From: a virus
Lineage: Duplodnaviria; Caudoviricetes
Virus record (IMG/VR): IMGVR_UViG_3300031992_000033
Location: 59,670 to 123,669 of that record
Strand: one strand, 5' to 3'
DNA: 64,000 nt
Shown here: in pieces, positions 38,667 through 49,338 of the stretch
Layout of the letters: each line of letters opens with the position of its first letter
How positions within the stretch are numbered: position 1 is the stretch's first letter
Program-made: the position numbers and the translations under genes
The notes under the pieces: generated by a model
The model's database searches: none
Told to the model about the DNA's origin: nothing
The model's input: only the letters and a program-made list of their open reading frames with translations

Positions 38667-40190
38667 TTGGCGACAACAAAAAAGACTAGCACGGGCAACA
38701 CCCGTAAAGCGGCTGAGATAAAAGCAAAAGTTAAAGAAGCCGAAAATGAAAGCATGGATCTATTATTTAAAAAAGCACAAGAAGTTGCTATGAAAATAAA
38801 AGACCCAAACAGAACCGACATTAAAAACATCATTGGTAAAAAGAGACAAGAGATAAGAGAGTATCTACAAAATCCAGCAAGTAACGAAAATAATTTAATT
38901 GTTGCTTCAAGATATTTATATTATAGAACTCAAATATATTTTAGACTTGTTAATTTTTATGCTAATATGTTTGACTTAAGGTGTAGACAAGTTATACCAA
39001 ATTATAACTTAACCAAGACAAACAATGATAAGAAGATACTCAAGCAGTTGAACGAAACTTTGACTTGGTTAGACAATTACGGCATACATGATGTCATGCT
39101 GCCAGCATTAACAACTGTATTCAGAGAGGACGTATATTACGGAATCTTTTATCGAGACGACACTGGTAGTATCTTATATCCACTTGATCCATCTTTTTGT
39201 AAAATAGATGGAATATATAGTTCTCACGACTATTCGTATTCTGTTAACATGAGTAAGTTTAGAAGTCAAAACATGCAAGAGTTATTGCAGTGGTTAGGCG
39301 ATCCCTTACTTTCAATGTACAAAGAATATGAAAGAACTAAAGAACAATGGCAACATATGGATGATAGATATGCCGCTTGTTTTAAATTTAGAACTGATGA
39401 CTTAGATCACGTTTTACCTCCTCTTATGGGAATATTCCAAGAATTAGCAACAAGAAATGATCGCGCAGATTTACAAGCAATTGCTGATGAACTTGATGTG
39501 TACAAACTTTTGCTTATTCCTATGGAAACTATAAGTGGAACTAAAAGAAGCGATGATTTCCAAGTTAGCCCTCAGATATTATTAGACTACTACAACGTAA
39601 TGATGGAAACGTTTCCTGATTATGTTGGTGCGGCTGTAATACCAGCCAATGTTACAAAGGATAATGTCTTAGACTTTTCCAGTAGCAGTAGTGATAATGA
39701 TATAGACAGGCTAGAACAGAGTGATAAGACTTTACTTGGAACGTCGGGCGGTGGTGCGGTACTTAATGCAAACATGATTACTTCAACCGCTGCCTTTAAG
39801 GCGTGGTTAAAATCGGAGAGTGAATTTGCCATATCTCCTTTGTTACCACAAATAAAAGGATTTACTAATCGTATGTTAAAATACGATGCTGCTAATCCTT
39901 GTACTGTAGATTATTTTGAGGTGTCAATATATACAAAAGAAGATGTACAAAAAACTTTACTTGAATCCTGTCAATATGGATTTAGTAATAAGTTGGCTTA
40001 CAATACCTTTAATGGTATAAGTGAGAAGACAACTATTTCCATGATGTATCTTGAAAATAATATATTAAACATGCCTCAAATTATGATACCACTTTCTTCA
40101 TCGTATACTCAAACCACTGGAGATGTTGGAAGACCAGAAGTTTCAGATGATGAATTGAGTACTTCTGGCGAAAGAAGCAGAAATGAGTAA
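38667..40190 (+). CDS. portal protein
   Basis: ~508 aa from TTG 38667 after AAAGGGGG; position between terminase and protease; SRYLY and C-terminal GRP motifs. Confidence 0.75.
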   Translation: MATTKKTSTGNTRKAAEIKAKVKEAENESMDLLFKKAQEVAMKIKDPNRTDIKNIIGKKRQEIREYLQNPASNENNLIVASRYLYYRTQIYFRLVNFYANMFDLRCRQVIPNYNLTKTNNDKKILKQLNETLTWLDNYGIHDVMLPALTTVFREDVYYGIFYRDDTGSILYPLDPSFCKIDGIYSSHDYSYSVNMSKFRSQNMQELLQWLGDPLLSMYKEYERTKEQWQHMDDRYAACFKFRTDDLDHVLPPLMGIFQELATRNDRADLQAIADELDVYKLLLIPMETISGTKRSDDFQVSPQILLDYYNVMMETFPDYVGAAVIPANVTKDNVLDFSSSSSDNDIDRLEQSDKTLLGTSGGGAVLNANMITSTAAFKAWLKSESEFAISPLLPQIKGFTNRMLKYDAANPCTVDYFEVSIYTKEDVQKTLLESCQYGFSNKLAYNTFNGISEKTTISMMYLENNILNMPQIMIPLSSSYTQTTGDVGRPEVSDDELSTSGERSRNE

Positions 40191-40377
40191 GGAGGGTGAT
40201 TGTATGGGTAAAGAACCTTTTATTAAAACCACAGATGAAGAGACTGCAAATAAGTTAATTAAATTGGGATTTAGCCTTATTACTAGTTTGAATGGAGTAT
40301 ATATATTTGCCAATGACAGTGTTACTACATTTGATAGAAATGATAAAGTTGAATTTACCAACATTATGTATGGATGA
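40183..40377 (+). CDS. small hypothetical protein
   Basis: FIKTTD.ETA..L...GF motif; between portal and protease. Confidence 0.6.
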   Translation: MSKEGDCMGKEPFIKTTDEETANKLIKLGFSLITSLNGVYIFANDSVTTFDRNDKVEFTNIMYG

Positions 40378-40386
40378 GGTATAGAG

Positions 40387-42063
40387 ATGAGTGAGAAAAA
40401 GAAGAAGTATCTAACAATCGACGACCTCTATAAATTTTTCGAGAAACAAGATAAGGATTGTAGGTTTAGTGTTAAAGATGATAACAAACAATATCTGATT
40501 AAAGTAGAAGCGGATATGACATTCGACGCCGACAGTCAAAACGATTTGCTTGCTGTGCATTTACAAGCATGTCACACTGGCGAGAATGTAAATAAGTGTT
40601 TTATCTCTGAAGACTCTATGAATGCCGCTCTTCCCACTTTGATTAATAAACCAATACTGGGATATATTTACAAAGACAATGAGGGAGAGTTTCAATTCCG
40701 TGATCATGCTATGCACAAAGAAAACGGAGAGATAGTTTATGATGAGGAAATCATAGGATTCCTTCCCGAATCTTGTAATCCACATATCAAATATGATGAA
40801 GAGAAAAAGAAGAACTTTGTAGAGGTTGACGGCTACATTGTTGAGAAATACACTAAAGCCGCCGATATTTTAAGACGTGAGGAGAAATGTCAGGTAAGTG
40901 TAGAGATGGCAGTTAATGAAATGTCATACGACGCTCATACTCGAATACTTAATATTACTGACTTTATTTTTACTGGTGTAACTATCCTTGGACGTTTTGA
41001 AGACGGAACAGAGGTTCAGGCTGGCATGGCTGGATCTAATATCACAATCCGTGATAGTGAAATTTCGTTTGCTGAACAGCAGGCTAAACTTGAGGAACTC
41101 GCACGTCAAGTAGCAGAGATCCAAAACAGTTTGTCTATAAATAATTCAGAGAAAGGAGGAACAGAAAGTCCTATGAAAATTGACGAACTTCTCGCAAAAT
41201 ATAATAAGACTGCCGAAGACGTAACTTTCGATACAGAGGGTCTTTCAGACGAGGAACTCGAAGCCAAATTTGAAGAAGTGTTTGGTGAAGCGGTAGAGAA
41301 TGAAACCACCGTAGAAGAAACAACTGCAACACAATCCGAAGAAGGCGAGGAGGTTGGCGCTCCTGAATCTGAAGAAAGTGATAACGGTGAAAATGTCGAT
41401 AATGAAAATGTCGAAGGAGAAGTATCACAAGTGGAGGCGGACATAGTTGCATCCATTAAGACTAAGTCTAGTGATAAAATCTCTACTTTCGGACTTAGTC
41501 TTACCGAGAAAGAAAATGCAATTCATGAATTAGTTAATCTTACATATGGGGATGCTGATAATGATTATTATTTTACAGATACATATGAAGATGATGGCTA
41601 TGTAATCATGAGATCTTGGTGTACTAATCGCGCATACAGACAAAACATTGAACGTGTTGACGATCAGTATTCTCTTGTTGGTGATAGAGTAGAAGTGTTT
41701 GCTGTCTATGTAACACAGGAAGAGAAAGATTCGCTTGAATCGATGCGCAACTCTTATGCCGACATATTATCTAAGTTACAGAATTATGAAGATGAATCTT
41801 CTAAGATGGATGTACTCAACAAAGAAGAGTACGACTCTGTCCGCGACACAGAAGAGTTTGCAGATCTGTTAAAGACAGAAACTCATTTTGAAATGTCTGT
41901 GGACGAAGTTACTGAAAAGGCTGACTCCATCCTGTTAAATGCGGCTAAGAATAAAACTCTTAACTTTGCATCTAAGGATGTACAGGCTACCCGCAAGCCT
42001 CTTCCATTTAAGAAGGCTAAAGGCACGGGCAGATATGGAAATATGTTTTCCCATAATGATTAA
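40387..42063 (+). CDS. prohead protease/scaffold protein
   Basis: HTGEN.N, PILG, SVEM.V and F.GVTILG protease-like N-terminal half; acidic scaffold-like C-terminal half. Confidence 0.7.
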   Translation: MSEKKKKYLTIDDLYKFFEKQDKDCRFSVKDDNKQYLIKVEADMTFDADSQNDLLAVHLQACHTGENVNKCFISEDSMNAALPTLINKPILGYIYKDNEGEFQFRDHAMHKENGEIVYDEEIIGFLPESCNPHIKYDEEKKKNFVEVDGYIVEKYTKAADILRREEKCQVSVEMAVNEMSYDAHTRILNITDFIFTGVTILGRFEDGTEVQAGMAGSNITIRDSEISFAEQQAKLEELARQVAEIQNSLSINNSEKGGTESPMKIDELLAKYNKTAEDVTFDTEGLSDEELEAKFEEVFGEAVENETTVEETTATQSEEGEEVGAPESEESDNGENVDNENVEGEVSQVEADIVASIKTKSSDKISTFGLSLTEKENAIHELVNLTYGDADNDYYFTDTYEDDGYVIMRSWCTNRAYRQNIERVDDQYSLVGDRVEVFAVYVTQEEKDSLESMRNSYADILSKLQNYEDESSKMDVLNKEEYDSVRDTEEFADLLKTETHFEMSVDEVTEKADSILLNAAKNKTLNFASKDVQATRKPLPFKKAKGTGRYGNMFSHND

Positions 42064-42084
42064 GAAATTGAAAGGAGTTAAATT

Positions 42085-42579
42085 ATGGCTTATCAAGTTA
42101 CAACTACAAAACATAATATAGCATTTCCGTCGAAGATTAGATCTGGCGGAGATGGACACACACTCAATATTTTTGTTGCAGCAGATACCGATAATGGTGT
42201 AATTGGTTCTGTTGGAGCATGGAAGGATTTTGATCGTTACAATTTCACAGCGGGCAATACTGGCTTCGCTGGAAAACTTCACGCTGCTGCTAATGGCAAC
42301 TGGTATGTAGAAGTTACCGCTATTGACGTTGACGCTCCTCCTGTATTCCTTTACAACTCTCCTATCATCGAAGATGAGAGATATAAGGATCAGCCTGATA
42401 TGTTCTTCAACGCTAACGGAGACACTGTAAAGGGTTATGTCCTTGAACTCTTTGATGTATTTGAAGAGTCTGAGGCAATCTTCACATTCAACACCAATAA
42501 GGCTACCGACCTTAAGGAAGGTGCTACTGTTGCAGTTGATACTACTAATACCGCAAAACTTAAAGTCACTGCACCCTAA
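42085..42579 (+). CDS. putative capsid decoration/stabilising protein
   Basis: Immediately upstream of capsid gene; DNG motif; strong codon bias. Confidence 0.55.
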   Translation: MAYQVTTTKHNIAFPSKIRSGGDGHTLNIFVAADTDNGVIGSVGAWKDFDRYNFTAGNTGFAGKLHAAANGNWYVEVTAIDVDAPPVFLYNSPIIEDERYKDQPDMFFNANGDTVKGYVLELFDVFEESEAIFTFNTNKATDLKEGATVAVDTTNTAKLKVTAP

Positions 42580-42603
42580 TTGAGAGAGGAGGAATAGAAT
42601 ATT

Positions 42604-43722
42604 ATGAGACTTCAATTTTCTGAACATGAACTTGGCATTTTTGCTAAGCATGAAACTAATATGGATGCTATCAGAAATCTCATGTTTGATCTCTATCGTG
42701 GAGAGAAGATCGTCGATGACGAAGGTAATGAGGTTTCAAAATTAGAAGCAAATGATAAACTTCGTGCATTCTTACTTGACTTCGCTGGACTTCAGAAGGG
42801 ATTTACCCAGAGAGATTTCAAGCGTGCATGGAGAGAGGGTGGAATCCGCAAGACCTTCGACATCATCGAAGAGGTTGTTGACGACGCTCTTGATGTAGGA
42901 TATCGTGAGTCTGAGTGGTTCAACAAACTTGTTGACTACAGGAACATTGCTCGTGGCGACGCATACGAGTTTAAGGTAGAGGACGAGAATGTTATTCTCT
43001 CCATCGCTACTGTTGGTAAGTCGCACCACGACTTCATCCTTCAGAGACCCGCTCTTGGATCTAAGTACACCCTTCCTATGGGACGTTATGGTGCTGCTGT
43101 AGGTCTTGATATCAACAGATATCTTGTTGGTCAGGAGGACTTTGCTAGACTTATCGCTATGCTCGTTAAGTCCATTATGATTAAGACTCAGACCACTATT
43201 TATGGTGCTGTTGCTAACGCTGTAAATAGTCTTCGTGTTACTACTGGTTTCGTAGGTCAGGGTAACCTCTCCTCTTCTACCAAGGATCAGTTCGATGAGA
43301 TCGTTGATAACGTAAGATCACTCTATGGTACTGCTGTTATCATCGGTACTAAGAATGCTCTTAGAAAGATCACTGGTCTTGCACTTGTTCAGTGGGCTTC
43401 TGATCAGCAGAAGGAAGAGATCGCTGGCACTGGTAGACTTGGTTCTTACGAGGGAACTACTCTTGTAGAGATCGAGCAGAGATTTGCTGACAAGAGCCTT
43501 ACCACTAAACTTATGGACGATACAAAACTCTACATTCTTCCTTCCGAAGATTACAAGATTGTTGAGTGCGTAGTTAGTGGCGAAACCGAAATCGACGAGA
43601 TCACCGAGAAGGGCGAAGAGCACGGAAGAATCGATGACATCGGCAAGTACGAAGTTCAGTACGAACAGGCTATTGCTGTTAAGGCTAATAGACAGTTCGG
43701 TGTATGGACTATCGCACAGTGA
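42604..43722 (+). CDS. major capsid protein
   Basis: 372 aa, strong codon bias, after protease/scaffold and followed by a terminator; G.LG.YEGT.LVEI motif. Confidence 0.8.
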   Translation: MRLQFSEHELGIFAKHETNMDAIRNLMFDLYRGEKIVDDEGNEVSKLEANDKLRAFLLDFAGLQKGFTQRDFKRAWREGGIRKTFDIIEEVVDDALDVGYRESEWFNKLVDYRNIARGDAYEFKVEDENVILSIATVGKSHHDFILQRPALGSKYTLPMGRYGAAVGLDINRYLVGQEDFARLIAMLVKSIMIKTQTTIYGAVANAVNSLRVTTGFVGQGNLSSSTKDQFDEIVDNVRSLYGTAVIIGTKNALRKITGLALVQWASDQQKEEIAGTGRLGSYEGTTLVEIEQRFADKSLTTKLMDDTKLYILPSEDYKIVECVVSGETEIDEITEKGEEHGRIDDIGKYEVQYEQAIAVKANRQFGVWTIAQ

Positions 43723-43733
43723 TAATTATAATG

Positions 43734-43762
43734 TGTGGGAGAGTGTAATGCTCTCCCACTTT
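43734..43762 (+). terminator. intrinsic terminator
   Basis: GTGGGAGAG-TGTAATG-CTCTCCCAC followed by TTT. Confidence 0.7.
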
Positions 43763-43782
43763 GATTAAAAGGAGATAATACA

Positions 43783-44403
43783 ATGGCTTACAATAGAAAA
43801 AATACCACAAAGAAAAGTACTACAAAGAAGACCTCTGAGACTCCTAAGAAACAGGAAGTAGTAGAGGAAATTATTTCTGATGAAGAAGTTTTTTCAGATG
43901 TAGAAATCGAAGATGTAGACGATGTTCCAGCACCTAAGGCAGAGAAGAGAGTTTTCCATGCGGACGACATGATTCTTTGTAGATCGGTTGCTGCTGGTCT
44001 GACTTGTATGGAAGGACGCACCACTAACATGGTGTATATCTTCAGAGACTATGGAGATGAATGCGGGATTGAATATAGAGATCTTGCTGCGGCAGTACGT
44101 TTTCACTCTGACTTTATATACAAGCCTTATTTCATCGTAGAAGATCAGGATTTCGTTGATGAGTTTGCTGAACTTAAAAAGTTTTATACTGAGAAGTTTA
44201 CTGTCAAAGAGTTGACGGATATCATTAACATGAACGAGGGCGATATGGAGTCTGCTATCGAAGTTCTTCCCAAGGGAGCAAAGGAGCAACTTGTCAATAT
44301 TGTTTCTACTAAGATTGTTAATGGCGAACTTGACAGCATTAGAAAGATTAAGACTTTACAGAAACTTCTGGATGTAGATTTTTCGTTCGTGGCTGAAATT
44401 TAA
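43783..44403 (+). CDS. head morphogenesis-associated protein
   Basis: Directly after capsid gene; LDS.RKIK.L C-terminal motif. Confidence 0.55.
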   Translation: MAYNRKNTTKKSTTKKTSETPKKQEVVEEIISDEEVFSDVEIEDVDDVPAPKAEKRVFHADDMILCRSVAAGLTCMEGRTTNMVYIFRDYGDECGIEYRDLAAAVRFHSDFIYKPYFIVEDQDFVDEFAELKKFYTEKFTVKELTDIINMNEGDMESAIEVLPKGAKEQLVNIVSTKIVNGELDSIRKIKTLQKLLDVDFSFVAEI

Positions 44404-44420
44404 GTAAGTCGTAAAGGAGG

Positions 44421-44894
44421 ATGTTGGTTATGTCTTCTATAACTTACGATGAAATTTTTAGCAGTTTTTTATCTAATATAACTGATTACAAAATTGCAGA
44501 ACAGAATGAAGATGTGACCATTGAGCAATTAACCGAATATCTTCATAAGGTTATTGGCACTCCGTATATCAATGCTTTATTTATGTCTGTCGATTTAGAC
44601 GACGCTAATTCCATGCTTAGTTATGATATGAAGAATCCCAGCGTAAATGGAGATGATTTATTTGTAACGATGATGTTGGGAAAGCAGATGGTATACGAAT
44701 GGATACATCCACAAGTTCGCAAAACTTCTCTTCTTGCTCAGATGTTTTCTGGAAAAGAGGTTAAATACTTTGCTCAAGCAAATCACTTGGCTGAATTGAG
44801 GCAATTAGAATCTGAAACAGAACTTGAAGTAAGGCGTATGATTAGAGATCGGGGCTTCATTTCCAATCCTTACTTGGAAAGGAGTACCACATGA
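44421..44894 (+). CDS. putative head-tail adaptor
   Basis: T.YDEIF..FL..ITDY start and QANHL motif; synteny. Confidence 0.6.
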   Translation: MLVMSSITYDEIFSSFLSNITDYKIAEQNEDVTIEQLTEYLHKVIGTPYINALFMSVDLDDANSMLSYDMKNPSVNGDDLFVTMMLGKQMVYEWIHPQVRKTSLLAQMFSGKEVKYFAQANHLAELRQLESETELEVRRMIRDRGFISNPYLERSTT

Positions 44895-45211
44895 AATTTA
44901 ATTTTACCAACGAGCAGATTGAAGAAGAGAAAAGATTGTTACAAAAAAAGATTTTTTATTTGCTGTTAATCGTTGATCCTGAAACTGCGGGACAATATCC
45001 CAATGTAGATGTAGAGGCAGCATATGAAGATATATTTTCAGATCTTGACGGGTTAAATGAAGTATTCTCTTATCCCGTTGAAATAGTTAATATAGCAAAG
45101 AAGTTAATGAAAGCCTTGAAAGAATACAAGTCCCAGAATTTTGAATATAAGAAATATAGAAAACTTGTACTAGATGCTGGGAGTGAAGTAACTAAGATTG
45201 GAGGTGGTTGA
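44891..45211 (+). CDS. hypothetical protein (neck region)
   Basis: ATGA coupling; YRK.VLDA motif. Confidence 0.6.
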   Translation: MKFNFTNEQIEEEKRLLQKKIFYLLLIVDPETAGQYPNVDVEAAYEDIFSDLDGLNEVFSYPVEIVNIAKKLMKALKEYKSQNFEYKKYRKLVLDAGSEVTKIGGG

Positions 45212-46421
45212 CATGCCATCTCTTCAGACTTACAAAAGTATAGTTGGTAGATACACAAATGGACAGTCGCATAAAGTAGAGTCTGATATGGTTATGGAGG
45301 AAACGTGGTACGACGATTTACAAACTCGTACCGCATATTTTTATGACTATAGACATGACGTTTGTCCTCGCCAGTTTGAAAACTTAAGCCCTGAGGAAGA
45401 TCCAAATAAAATTCCCATTAGTATTAAATACATTGAGAATAGTTCTCAAACCCTTGATAAAGATGCAGTAAGTTATCACATTATGTTTAAACCTTCACAG
45501 GATCTTAATGTGGTAGGGTACTATAAATCTGATTATGAGGATAGATGGGGCGCTACGTTTCCTTGTGGGCTTTACGTGGACATCCCAGATTACAGAGGTA
45601 TTTATAATAAATGGCTCGTAGTCGGAATGGCTCAGAGTAATAATGCTCAGTTTCCCACATATGAAATACTTAGAGTAAATTATTTATTCACATGGATATT
45701 TAATAGAACTAAGTATCAGATGGCGGGAGTACAGAGAAACCAAAACTCTTACAACTCTGGTGTTTGGATGGATTATGTTTTTGAGACTCCAAATGATGTA
45801 ATCAAGTTTTACTTACCAATGAATGAAGTTACTTCTAAACTTACTTACAATCAGAGGTTGATAGTCGATACAAAAGTAGATGTAAACAAGGGGGATATTC
45901 CTCGTGTTTGGCAAATATCAAAAGTATCTCGTACTACTCCTCATGGTATAGGAATTTATACAGCGGCACAAGATGTTTGGGACACCAATCGAGATTATAT
46001 TGAATATGAGGTCGAAGGTGATCCTAGTACCATTGTTGGTATGTACGCTGATTATTACGGAGAGGGAACTCCTGTAGATCCTGACTATAACCCTATACCT
46101 CCACTTGGCTCTGACATTGAAATCACTGTTTCTGGTGTTTCTAAGTCTATTAAGGTCGGTGGAAGTTCAAGGAAATTAACCGTTAAGTTTTATCAAGACG
46201 GAACTGAGGTTGGTTTTGAAAATGGAACGTGGGGGTACACTGTGGACGGCAACGATGTCTCGTCTCTTATCACAGAAAGTACCGACGGACTTCAACCTAA
46301 TCAGTTACGTATTAATTTTGCAGACGATACAAGTTACGTAGGAAAGGTACTGACCATATCTTACACATCCTCTGTTAGCGGTATCGTAGGCACACTGCAA
46401 CTAGCCATTGCGGGTCTTTAA
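45198..46421 (+). CDS. putative head-closure/neck protein with C-terminal Ig-like domain
   Basis: Synteny; IKVGGS.RKLTV Ig-like C-terminus. Confidence 0.55.
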   Translation: MEVVDMPSLQTYKSIVGRYTNGQSHKVESDMVMEETWYDDLQTRTAYFYDYRHDVCPRQFENLSPEEDPNKIPISIKYIENSSQTLDKDAVSYHIMFKPSQDLNVVGYYKSDYEDRWGATFPCGLYVDIPDYRGIYNKWLVVGMAQSNNAQFPTYEILRVNYLFTWIFNRTKYQMAGVQRNQNSYNSGVWMDYVFETPNDVIKFYLPMNEVTSKLTYNQRLIVDTKVDVNKGDIPRVWQISKVSRTTPHGIGIYTAAQDVWDTNRDYIEYEVEGDPSTIVGMYADYYGEGTPVDPDYNPIPPLGSDIEITVSGVSKSIKVGGSSRKLTVKFYQDGTEVGFENGTWGYTVDGNDVSSLITESTDGLQPNQLRINFADDTSYVGKVLTISYTSSVSGIVGTLQLAIAGL

Positions 46422-46436
46422 TAAGGAGGGGTTACT

Positions 46437-47048
46437 ATGGATTGGACAGATCAAGATACTGCCTATTTTGCGTCCCTCGTAAACGATATAGAAGACGATG
46501 ATACAAGGTTGAAAAAGAAGATAAAGGAAAAAATAATTAGTAATAAGTATATATTAAAGGCGCTTGATAATAAAGAGTTGGAAGAAGCAGAGGCAGAACC
46601 AGATGAATATTTTGGACGCTCTATACTGCCGTACTACATTGTACATCCTACTCAGGTTCAAGCAAATAATTTTATTTGTTTTGAAACGCGCTTTGATAGG
46701 TTAGGCACTTCTATAGACAGATATAATAAAACACAAAAGCGGCAGCAAATTGTGTTCTATATTCTGTGCGAGCAAAAGAACCAAGATGTCACCACCGACA
46801 CTGAGTTGTCTGGTGGTATTACCGATCTCGGAATCGCTCGTCATGATTTGATTGCCTCATTGCTTATTCATGAATTTAATTTCTATAACTTTGGAGGAGG
46901 ACAGGCTCAATTAATATCGAACGTGCCTAGCACAACCGATGATAATTATGCATGTCGTACCCTGACATTCGAGTTTAATACCGATGCCAATCTCGTTAAA
47001 ACTGTTAATGGTGAGCCACAATTTGTAAATAAGTTGTATGGCAAATGA
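46437..47048 (+). CDS. putative tail terminator/completion protein
   Basis: Synteny; RHDLIA motif. Confidence 0.5.
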   Translation: MDWTDQDTAYFASLVNDIEDDDTRLKKKIKEKIISNKYILKALDNKELEEAEAEPDEYFGRSILPYYIVHPTQVQANNFICFETRFDRLGTSIDRYNKTQKRQQIVFYILCEQKNQDVTTDTELSGGITDLGIARHDLIASLLIHEFNFYNFGGGQAQLISNVPSTTDDNYACRTLTFEFNTDANLVKTVNGEPQFVNKLYGK

Positions 47049-47821
47049 GATTTCCTAAATTAAAGTTTGATCGTTTACAAATATTTGCGGGCGAACCTAA
47101 AACTATAGATATCGAGGGAGTGGCGGGAACTGTCACTGTTAAATCTCCCACAATGGGAGATATAATTAAAATTGGTGAAGGTAGATTTTATTCAACCTTA
47201 AGTATTCTTGTCGGTAACACAACACAGGCTAGATTGATACTCTGGAATTCAGGAATCGATTGGTGTGTTATATCAGATTTTGTATACTTTACTATGAGAT
47301 ATAAAGAGTTAGACAAAGAAGTGGTCGATCTATTGTTTGACGATATAAACTTTGAAGACTTTGATGTTTATACTAGAATCAAAGATGATGGTAGTGAAGA
47401 AATATTTTTATATAACGAGAAAACTGGTGTGGAGATAACAGAACTCGTTTATCAATATTTTCATCAATATCTCCAAAATGTTTTTGATATGAAGCCTGAA
47501 GAAGAAATAACTAAGGACAGACATCTTAAAGAGTGGTGGATACGAAAGGATAGCGTTGCTGCGGCACAAAAAGAAAAGAAAGACGAAGACTCTTCCTTCT
47601 CTTTTGTTCCATTAATAAGTATGTATATTAACGACGAAGGTACTAAGCATTCTCTACAAGATATAAAAGATGGCAAGGTAGGCGTTGCTGAGTTCTTTGA
47701 TTCTATCAAGAGGATAAGAGTAAGAGAACACGCAAAGGCTGTACTCTCTGGTATATATTCAGGCTTTGCAGATACAAAAAATATAAACCCTTCAGAATAT
47801 GATTTTGCAAGGGATATTTAA
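47045..47821 (+). CDS. tail-associated hypothetical protein
   Basis: PT.GDI...GE..FY, FFDS.KR and GIYSGF.D motifs; synteny. Confidence 0.55.
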   Translation: MRFPKLKFDRLQIFAGEPKTIDIEGVAGTVTVKSPTMGDIIKIGEGRFYSTLSILVGNTTQARLILWNSGIDWCVISDFVYFTMRYKELDKEVVDLLFDDINFEDFDVYTRIKDDGSEEIFLYNEKTGVEITELVYQYFHQYLQNVFDMKPEEEITKDRHLKEWWIRKDSVAAAQKEKKDEDSSFSFVPLISMYINDEGTKHSLQDIKDGKVGVAEFFDSIKRIRVREHAKAVLSGIYSGFADTKNINPSEYDFARDI

Positions 47822-47836
47822 AAGGAGGAAACTAAT

Positions 47837-48652
47837 ATGGCTTTTAATCTTGGTAATTTCGCTGTTAAAGAGATTATCTATGGTGTAGCACAGGACTTTG
47901 ACGACAATCTTCTGTACACCCTTGACCAACTTACTTCCGCTTCTATCGAAATCAGTTCTGATCCTATCGAGATCGCTGATAAGAACGGAAACATCATCAG
48001 AACTATTTATCAGAGCAAGAGCGGTACTTTCACTGCTAGTTCCGCACTTCTTTCTCCCGTGCTTCTGAACGCACAGTCTGGTAGCCCTATGGAGATCGCA
48101 TCTGCTACTAACGCTGTAGAGATGCCTTTCATCACTGTTGTTGCTGCTGGAACTACTATTCAGGCTGCTGACGCTAAGGCTGGCACTATCCATGTAATGG
48201 GTCTTTACAACAACGGCGCTAACGGAAAGGTTCTTACTCAGGGCACTTCTGCTGTAGTTGATAGTACTTTTGCTTATGATGCATCCGCTCATACCATTAC
48301 TGTACCCGCTACCGCTACCGATGCACCTACTAAGTATCTTGTTAAGTATGACAGAGATGTAGAGGCTGGTTACAAGATCACCAACACCGCTTCTTCGTTC
48401 CCTGATACCATTCACCTTACTCTGTATGTTGCTATTGTAGATCCTTGTGAGGACGCTTATAGGGCTGCTTACGTTTATATTCCTTCGTTCCAGCCTGATC
48501 CTTCCGTAACCATCAATCTCGACGCTGAGAACACTGAGACTGATTACAACGGAAATCTTCAGATCGACTACTGCGACTCTGTTGATAAGACTCTTTACTA
48601 CATCTACTTCCCTGATGAGGACGCTGTTACTACCGTAGTAACCAACGCGTGA
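47837..48652 (+). CDS. major tail (tube) protein
   Basis: 271 aa, Thr/Ala-rich, strong codon bias, followed by a terminator. Confidence 0.7.
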   Translation: MAFNLGNFAVKEIIYGVAQDFDDNLLYTLDQLTSASIEISSDPIEIADKNGNIIRTIYQSKSGTFTASSALLSPVLLNAQSGSPMEIASATNAVEMPFITVVAAGTTIQAADAKAGTIHVMGLYNNGANGKVLTQGTSAVVDSTFAYDASAHTITVPATATDAPTKYLVKYDRDVEAGYKITNTASSFPDTIHLTLYVAIVDPCEDAYRAAYVYIPSFQPDPSVTINLDAENTETDYNGNLQIDYCDSVDKTLYYIYFPDEDAVTTVVTNA

Positions 48653-48659
48653 TATTAAT

Positions 48660-48690
48660 GCGGAGGGTGGAAACACTCTCCGCTTATTTT
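48660..48690 (+). terminator. intrinsic terminator
   Basis: GCGGAGGGTG-GAAA-CACTCTCCGC followed by TTATTTT. Confidence 0.7.
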
Positions 48691-48703
48691 AAGGAGAACA
48701 GAT

Positions 48704-49030
48704 ATGGCTAAAGGAATGAGAACTTGCATAATCTGTGGAACAAATTATACTTATTGTCCTAAGTGTGGCAAGGGCGACAAGAACGAAACGTGGAGATACA
48801 ACTACGATTCTGAACTTTGCAACAAAATTTTTGACATTCTTTCAGCATTTGCTCACGGGCATATAAAGAAAGAAGAGGCTAAGGGTCAACTTGAAGACCT
48901 TGGCATTCCTAAGGGAATGAAATTTAATTCTACTATTAAGAAACAGTTAGATGCCATCATGGTATCTGAGCCTAAAGTAAAAGAGGACAAGTTTAAGAAG
49001 GACTCTCAGATTGTGAAAAATGAAGATTAA
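48704..49030 (+). CDS. Zn-finger protein
   Basis: CIIC...YCPKC...C motifs. Confidence 0.65.
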   Translation: MAKGMRTCIICGTNYTYCPKCGKGDKNETWRYNYDSELCNKIFDILSAFAHGHIKKEEAKGQLEDLGIPKGMKFNSTIKKQLDAIMVSEPKVKEDKFKKDSQIVKNED

Positions 49031-49077
49031 AATATATGGGATAACACTTCACAATCTAGTGATGGTTATCCCATTTT

Positions 49078-49338
49078 TTGCGGAGGATTAAAATGAGAGA
49101 AACGAGATATGAAACAAGTAGTATAACTGGTAGGACGTATGAACTGTTCTCACAGATTAGAATACTTAACATCCAGCAGTGTATATTCTATATACAAAAT
49201 GGAGTTACACTTAACGACATAGAAATCAGTGAAGATCGTAAGACGCATTTGCCTGTTATGGTCTTTTTATTTAATAGAGAGGACACGAAAACTGCTTACG
49301 ATAAATGGTGTAAGCGGCGTGATCAGGTATTTGAATAA
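49078..49338 (+). CDS. hypothetical protein
   Basis: VFLF.REDT..AY.KW motif; GGAGG RBS, start probably at MRETRY. Confidence 0.6.
   Translation: MRRIKMRETRYETSSITGRTYELFSQIRILNIQQCIFYIQNGVTLNDIEISEDRKTHLPVMVFLFNREDTKTAYDKWCKRRDQVFE

Noticed and set aside
41935-42651. 238-aa antisense ORF over head genes
   Set aside because: Same shadow effect; overlaps well-supported plus-strand genes.
47792-48676. 294-aa antisense ORF over the major tail gene
   Set aside because: Shadow ORF explained by the strong codon bias of the sense gene; Ser/Val-rich with no protein-like motifs.
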